Assembly: GCA_964199315.1 (NCBI GenBank)
Contig: OZ116708.1
Span: 2,542,001-2,606,000, forward strand
DNA from: Orbicella franksi
Taxonomy: Eukaryota
Direction: 5' to 3'
DNA length: 64,000 nucleotides
In this document: positions 60,359 to 64,000 of the stretch, one piece after another
Position numbering within the stretch: the stretch's first letter is position 1
Layout of the letters: every line of letters starts with the position of its first letter
Notes under the pieces: generated by a model
What the model saw: the letters and a program-made list of their open reading frames with translations, nothing else
Told to the model about the DNA's origin: nothing
Databases searched by the model: none
Position numbers and translations under genes: made by a program

Positions 60359-63300
60359 AGTGTATTTTTCCCATTTCTTCTCAGGATCATAAGGCTCCCA
60401 CCTACTGGCGGGGAAAATATGTTTGTTTCTCTCGTACCATGAACGAAGAACCACTTTTCCTGCATGCGACTACGAGGGCAAAAACATTGAAAAAATTACA
60501 AGAAGTGAAAGCATCAGGTTGATAGCATAGTTGTATGTGCTACAATTCTGAATTTGTTTCAAATAAAACAAAATAAAATACAGAATAAAAATACATCAAT
60601 AAAAAAACCTGGGTAGTGACACTAGCTTGAAATTAGATAGGGCTTGGAAGATGTTTGTCTGTGATCTTGTTGTATTCTTTAGACAGTTAACTCACACAGT
60701 GCTTCTTTCCACCCAAGAGTACAAATGGTACGTTGTTAGGCCAACCTGACCGAAGATTGGGTTGGGCAGGGGGGGGGGGGGTAACCAACTAGCATCCCAT
60801 CTAGGTAGGAGTAAGGATATTTCTAGCCACTTTACGCTAAAGAAGCTGGGGATAAGTAAAAAAAGGTCAAGTCCGCATACAAGCCAAGTGGCCCATCACA
60901 CTTGAGCTTATCCCAGTTTCCGTAGTGTGAAGACACTAGGAGTATGTCTACTCCTCCATGGATGGGATGCTACATGTAGTCCATCGCAGGGTTACCCGCA
61001 GCATTCAATATTTTGGCAGTACCCATTTATGCACCTGGGTCAAGAGAGGCACTCTGAGAATAAAGTGTCTTGTCCAAGAACACAACACAACGTCCCCGGC
61101 TAGGGTTCAAATCCAGACTGCTCGATCCAGAGTCAGGCGCACTAACCATGAAGCCTCCCAGGCTTAGGGAGATAAGTCCTGATATGGAATAGACTTCTGG
61201 ATCACTGCTGAGCTCCATCTTGCAACTCGATTTTGAAAATTATTCTTACAACCAACTAACCTCATCTTTTTCCACAGATGCATCACTGATCATCCTGACA
61301 TCTTCATGGACATCAAAACTAAACAATGGTCCACTCTTACCACGAGCCTTGTTCACAATGAAGTCATAAAACGAGTAATGCTACAGGGCAGATAAAGAAA
61401 CAACATTAAAACTAGGCAGTTGTAATCAAACACTCAGTTCAAAGGGAAAGAAAAACCTCATGACAGGCATATCCTGTCAAAACAGCCAGGTTTTGACCTG
61501 TTGTTTTATACTGGCAGTGATCTTCTAGCCTGCATTGAAGGTGTTTTTGTTTAAAGATACTGGGCAAATATGGTCCATGTCCATGATAGCTGCTATCTTG
61601 CATTCCAGAAGTAAAGCAGAGGGAAGGGGGTCAGGTTGAGAGAGGGGAGGGAACAGGAGAGGGGAAAAAAAAACCTCTCCTCCACCCCTCCCCCCTCACT
61701 GGTTTGTCATTCTCACTACCACCTCATTACTTTCCTTTTTTAACTCTCTCCAGGCTTCTTCAATCTTACCAATCCAAAATGGTGGCTACAATACTCAAGT
61801 GGAATATTCAGCACCTTTGCCAAAAAATACACCTGATGTGCAGGAAAGAGATCTTCCAAGCAAGTCAAACTGCAGTATAAAAGAAATCAAGTCTGGTGCA
61901 TGCATTACAGAGCTATGATGTTATACTTGAAGGGGGACCTGGAACAAAGCCTCAAGTGAATTCAGATAAATTGCTAGATTCTCCTTCCAGGTTGCCTTGT
62001 ATTCCTTTGTGAGACACAAGGAGAGTTTGATGTTGCATCAACAGCCATTTAAGGCCTCATTCTGTGCACCCTTCATTGTTAACAAAAGAGCACAAGCAAG
62101 TTGAATTTGAACACTATGAATGTTACTTACATGTGGTATGATGAGATCCTCTTTGATGTACATCAGGTTTTCAGTACTCACAGTCCTAAACAGGAGCAGA
62201 AAGAAATGTCATTGTTTAGACAAAGAGAAGTCTCTCCTTTCCCTAAGCTTGATGAGCGAGAGGGGTTTAAAAGAAGCGAGGACATTTCTTCCTCCTGCTT
62301 CTGTTGTGCTTATCGCTCAAGGAACTACACAACAGCTCCTATTGCACATTTGCTCTAGAATGTTGCATTTTCTGTGATATTACGACAGGAGTAAATGTTG
62401 AAAATCAAACTGATTTAGTTCATAAATGTATATACCAGTAATTTCATTGTAATTTACTGTTATTTGAATAGCTCTGAGGAAGAGCACTATGGAACCCACT
62501 GACAAAAAAGGAATACATTTATGCCACCATTGACTTACCTAAATTCAGTAAAATCCTTCCGGAGTTGCTCTATGCCTTTTTGGAGAAACTGTGAGATTGT
62601 GTTACCTTTTTTCATCTGCAGTAACAATTAATATAAAAAAATGCTTTTTCACTTACATGTTACCAAGTTCACTAAAGAAAGAAACAGAACAGTTGAACAT
62701 TACCATTTTTACTGACATGCATTGTACCTGTCTGGAAAACTAGAAACCATCATCATCTCATTTGTGAGTTGTAGGAGTTATGTTGTATTTTGATGAAGTT
62801 GAAGGACAAATCACAATACAAACAAGATGACAAGACAAGACATTTAAATATACAAAAATACTTAATGTACACAAACCTGTCCAGTAGGACATCATTTTAT
62901 TCGCCAACTGATTTGAGACATTCACACCACGAACAATTTCATGCCTCCAACCCTACCGTTTCAGATGCAGCTGTACAACCATCTACTACACAAAATAACT
63001 TAACTGTACAAAAGTCACTGTATAATGTTATCATACAGCTTTACCTTTATTGTTCGTCTATGTCCTGATCCATCCCAGTAGCTGTATGTGATTTCCACAT
63101 CTTCATCTACAAAAATGCAAGTGAAAATAGGTTTGTGACTCCCTTTGTCAATTTATTATACACAATCTACCAGGCAAAATAAGTATGGTCTCAATAATTT
63201 TAGATACCATGGACCAGAAATCTGGTACAGGCTCTGGACGACAAATTAAAGAACTGCTGCTAACATCAAAACTTTCATCAATGAAATTAGGAGATGAATA

Positions 63301-63660
63301 TCATTTTCACACCTGTCAATGCTAATTGCATAACACAGCACAAATCAATTGAATTCCAGCTTGCCCATTGAAAAGGAGCTGTTAAATTTTGCTTGCCCAG
63401 GGCAAGTCCTAAAATACTTTTTTTTTATTTAGTTGGCAGATGACTTGCCTTGGTGCTTGCCCATCAGGCAAGTGAGAATGAAAAGTAACTTTCCCAGCAA
63501 GAAAATCTACATTGAGCTGTTAAGCTACCAACATAGCAAGTATCAATATCAGCAATGACTGTTGTAATGAAGTATTTCTTAATTATCACTCACTTTTAAT
63601 TTTCTCTTGTTTCTCCACCCATTCTTGTCTGATCTTTTCTCTTTCTTGCCTTTCTATCTC
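60359..63660 (-). CDS. FAM50A: FAM50/XAP5 spliceosome-associated protein, 3' part (6 exons; gene starts beyond the right edge)
   Basis: Exons 63660-63594, 63106-63045, 62615-62539, 62185-62131, 61380-61261, 60469-60359. They encode [20 protein letters not shown]..[41 protein letters not shown]..[42 protein letters not shown]. The last few residues are unresolved. Confidence 0.96.
60640..60858 (+). mobile_element. Degenerate SINE copy (+)
   Basis: aactcacacagtgcttctttccacccaagagtacaaatggtac...actagcatcccatctagg...ggggataag. Confidence 0.65.
60871..61158 (-). mobile_element. Near full-length tRNA-derived SINE with a V-SINE-like core (-)
   Basis: Minus strand ggaggcttcatggttagtgcgcc (A box), ggatttgaaccc (B-box-like), core gggtaaccctgcgatggact..catcccatcc. 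Confidence 0.85.
61526..61845. mobile_element. TAGCCTGC-type MITE in a FAM50A intron
   Basis: tagcctgcattgaaggtgttttt ... aaaaaatacacctgatgtgcagg degenerate TIRs. Confidence 0.5.
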
Positions 63661-63775
63661 CTGTCTCAAAATGAACCATAAAATCCATTAATTACACAAT
63701 TCAGGTTTAAAATCTCATTCGCCATAAAATTATGGCAAGATCTTAGGTAAAATTTAAAGGCTGGCTCTCACTTTC

Positions 63776-64000
63776 AAAGAGTCAGAGTTGAAATCAGGGG
63801 CGCAGAGCGATACAATCTAGTAAAAATCAAACCAGGGGAGTTGGAAACAGAACAACAATTTTGTTTATGACTCTGTCACTTACATGTATGATATAGTGAA
63901 AACTAGATTGTCCGAGTGAAGAATAAACCAATCACAATGCTTGATTCCAAGCATCGTGATTGGTAGGTTCTTGTACTTCTGCCTCTGACTCCAACAATCT
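63776..64000. mobile_element. Harbinger-like MITE running to the window edge
   Basis: ggctggctctcact terminus; ccaatcacaatgcttgattccaagcatcgtgattgg internal palindrome. Confidence 0.55.

Noticed and set aside
60331-60522. Plus-strand terminal exon ([10 protein letters not shown]...) with downstream AATAAA
   Set aside because: It is the antisense of the highly conserved FAM50A exon 60469-60359.
61080-61158. tRNA gene
   Set aside because: A/B-box-like sequences continue into a SINE body and no cloverleaf acceptor stem is evident. The same holds at 46.7 kb and 4.0 kb.

Overview
AT-rich, intron-rich eukaryotic genomic DNA from an invertebrate. The repeat families look like stony coral (Scleractinia), which is an inference from recognition rather than a search. 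By manually splicing GT-AG exons I could assemble seven protein-coding loci. (1) The 5' six exons of MED1 (-, runs off the left edge). (2) An intronless orphan ORF (-). (3) A secreted/GPI-type Ly6/uPAR three-finger protein (-). (4) A complete 14-exon PKA type II regulatory subunit (+). (5) A complete 17-exon thioredoxin-glutathione reductase selenoprotein (-) with an N-terminal dithiol Grx domain, an in-frame UGA in Gly-Cys-Sec-Gly and a 3'-UTR SECIS. (6) A complete 11-exon C12orf56/DUF4551 homolog (-). (7) The 3' exons of FAM50A/XAP5 (-, runs off the right edge). Introns and intergenic DNA hold many MITEs, tRNA-derived SINEs, a split LINE 3' end and micro/minisatellites. The least explained region is 13.3-24.4 kb. 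It contains ATG-initiated, phase-1 exon-like units that would splice in frame onto PKA-RII exon 2 and replace its dimerisation/docking domain (speculative). All coordinates were derived by hand and no searches or folding programs were run.
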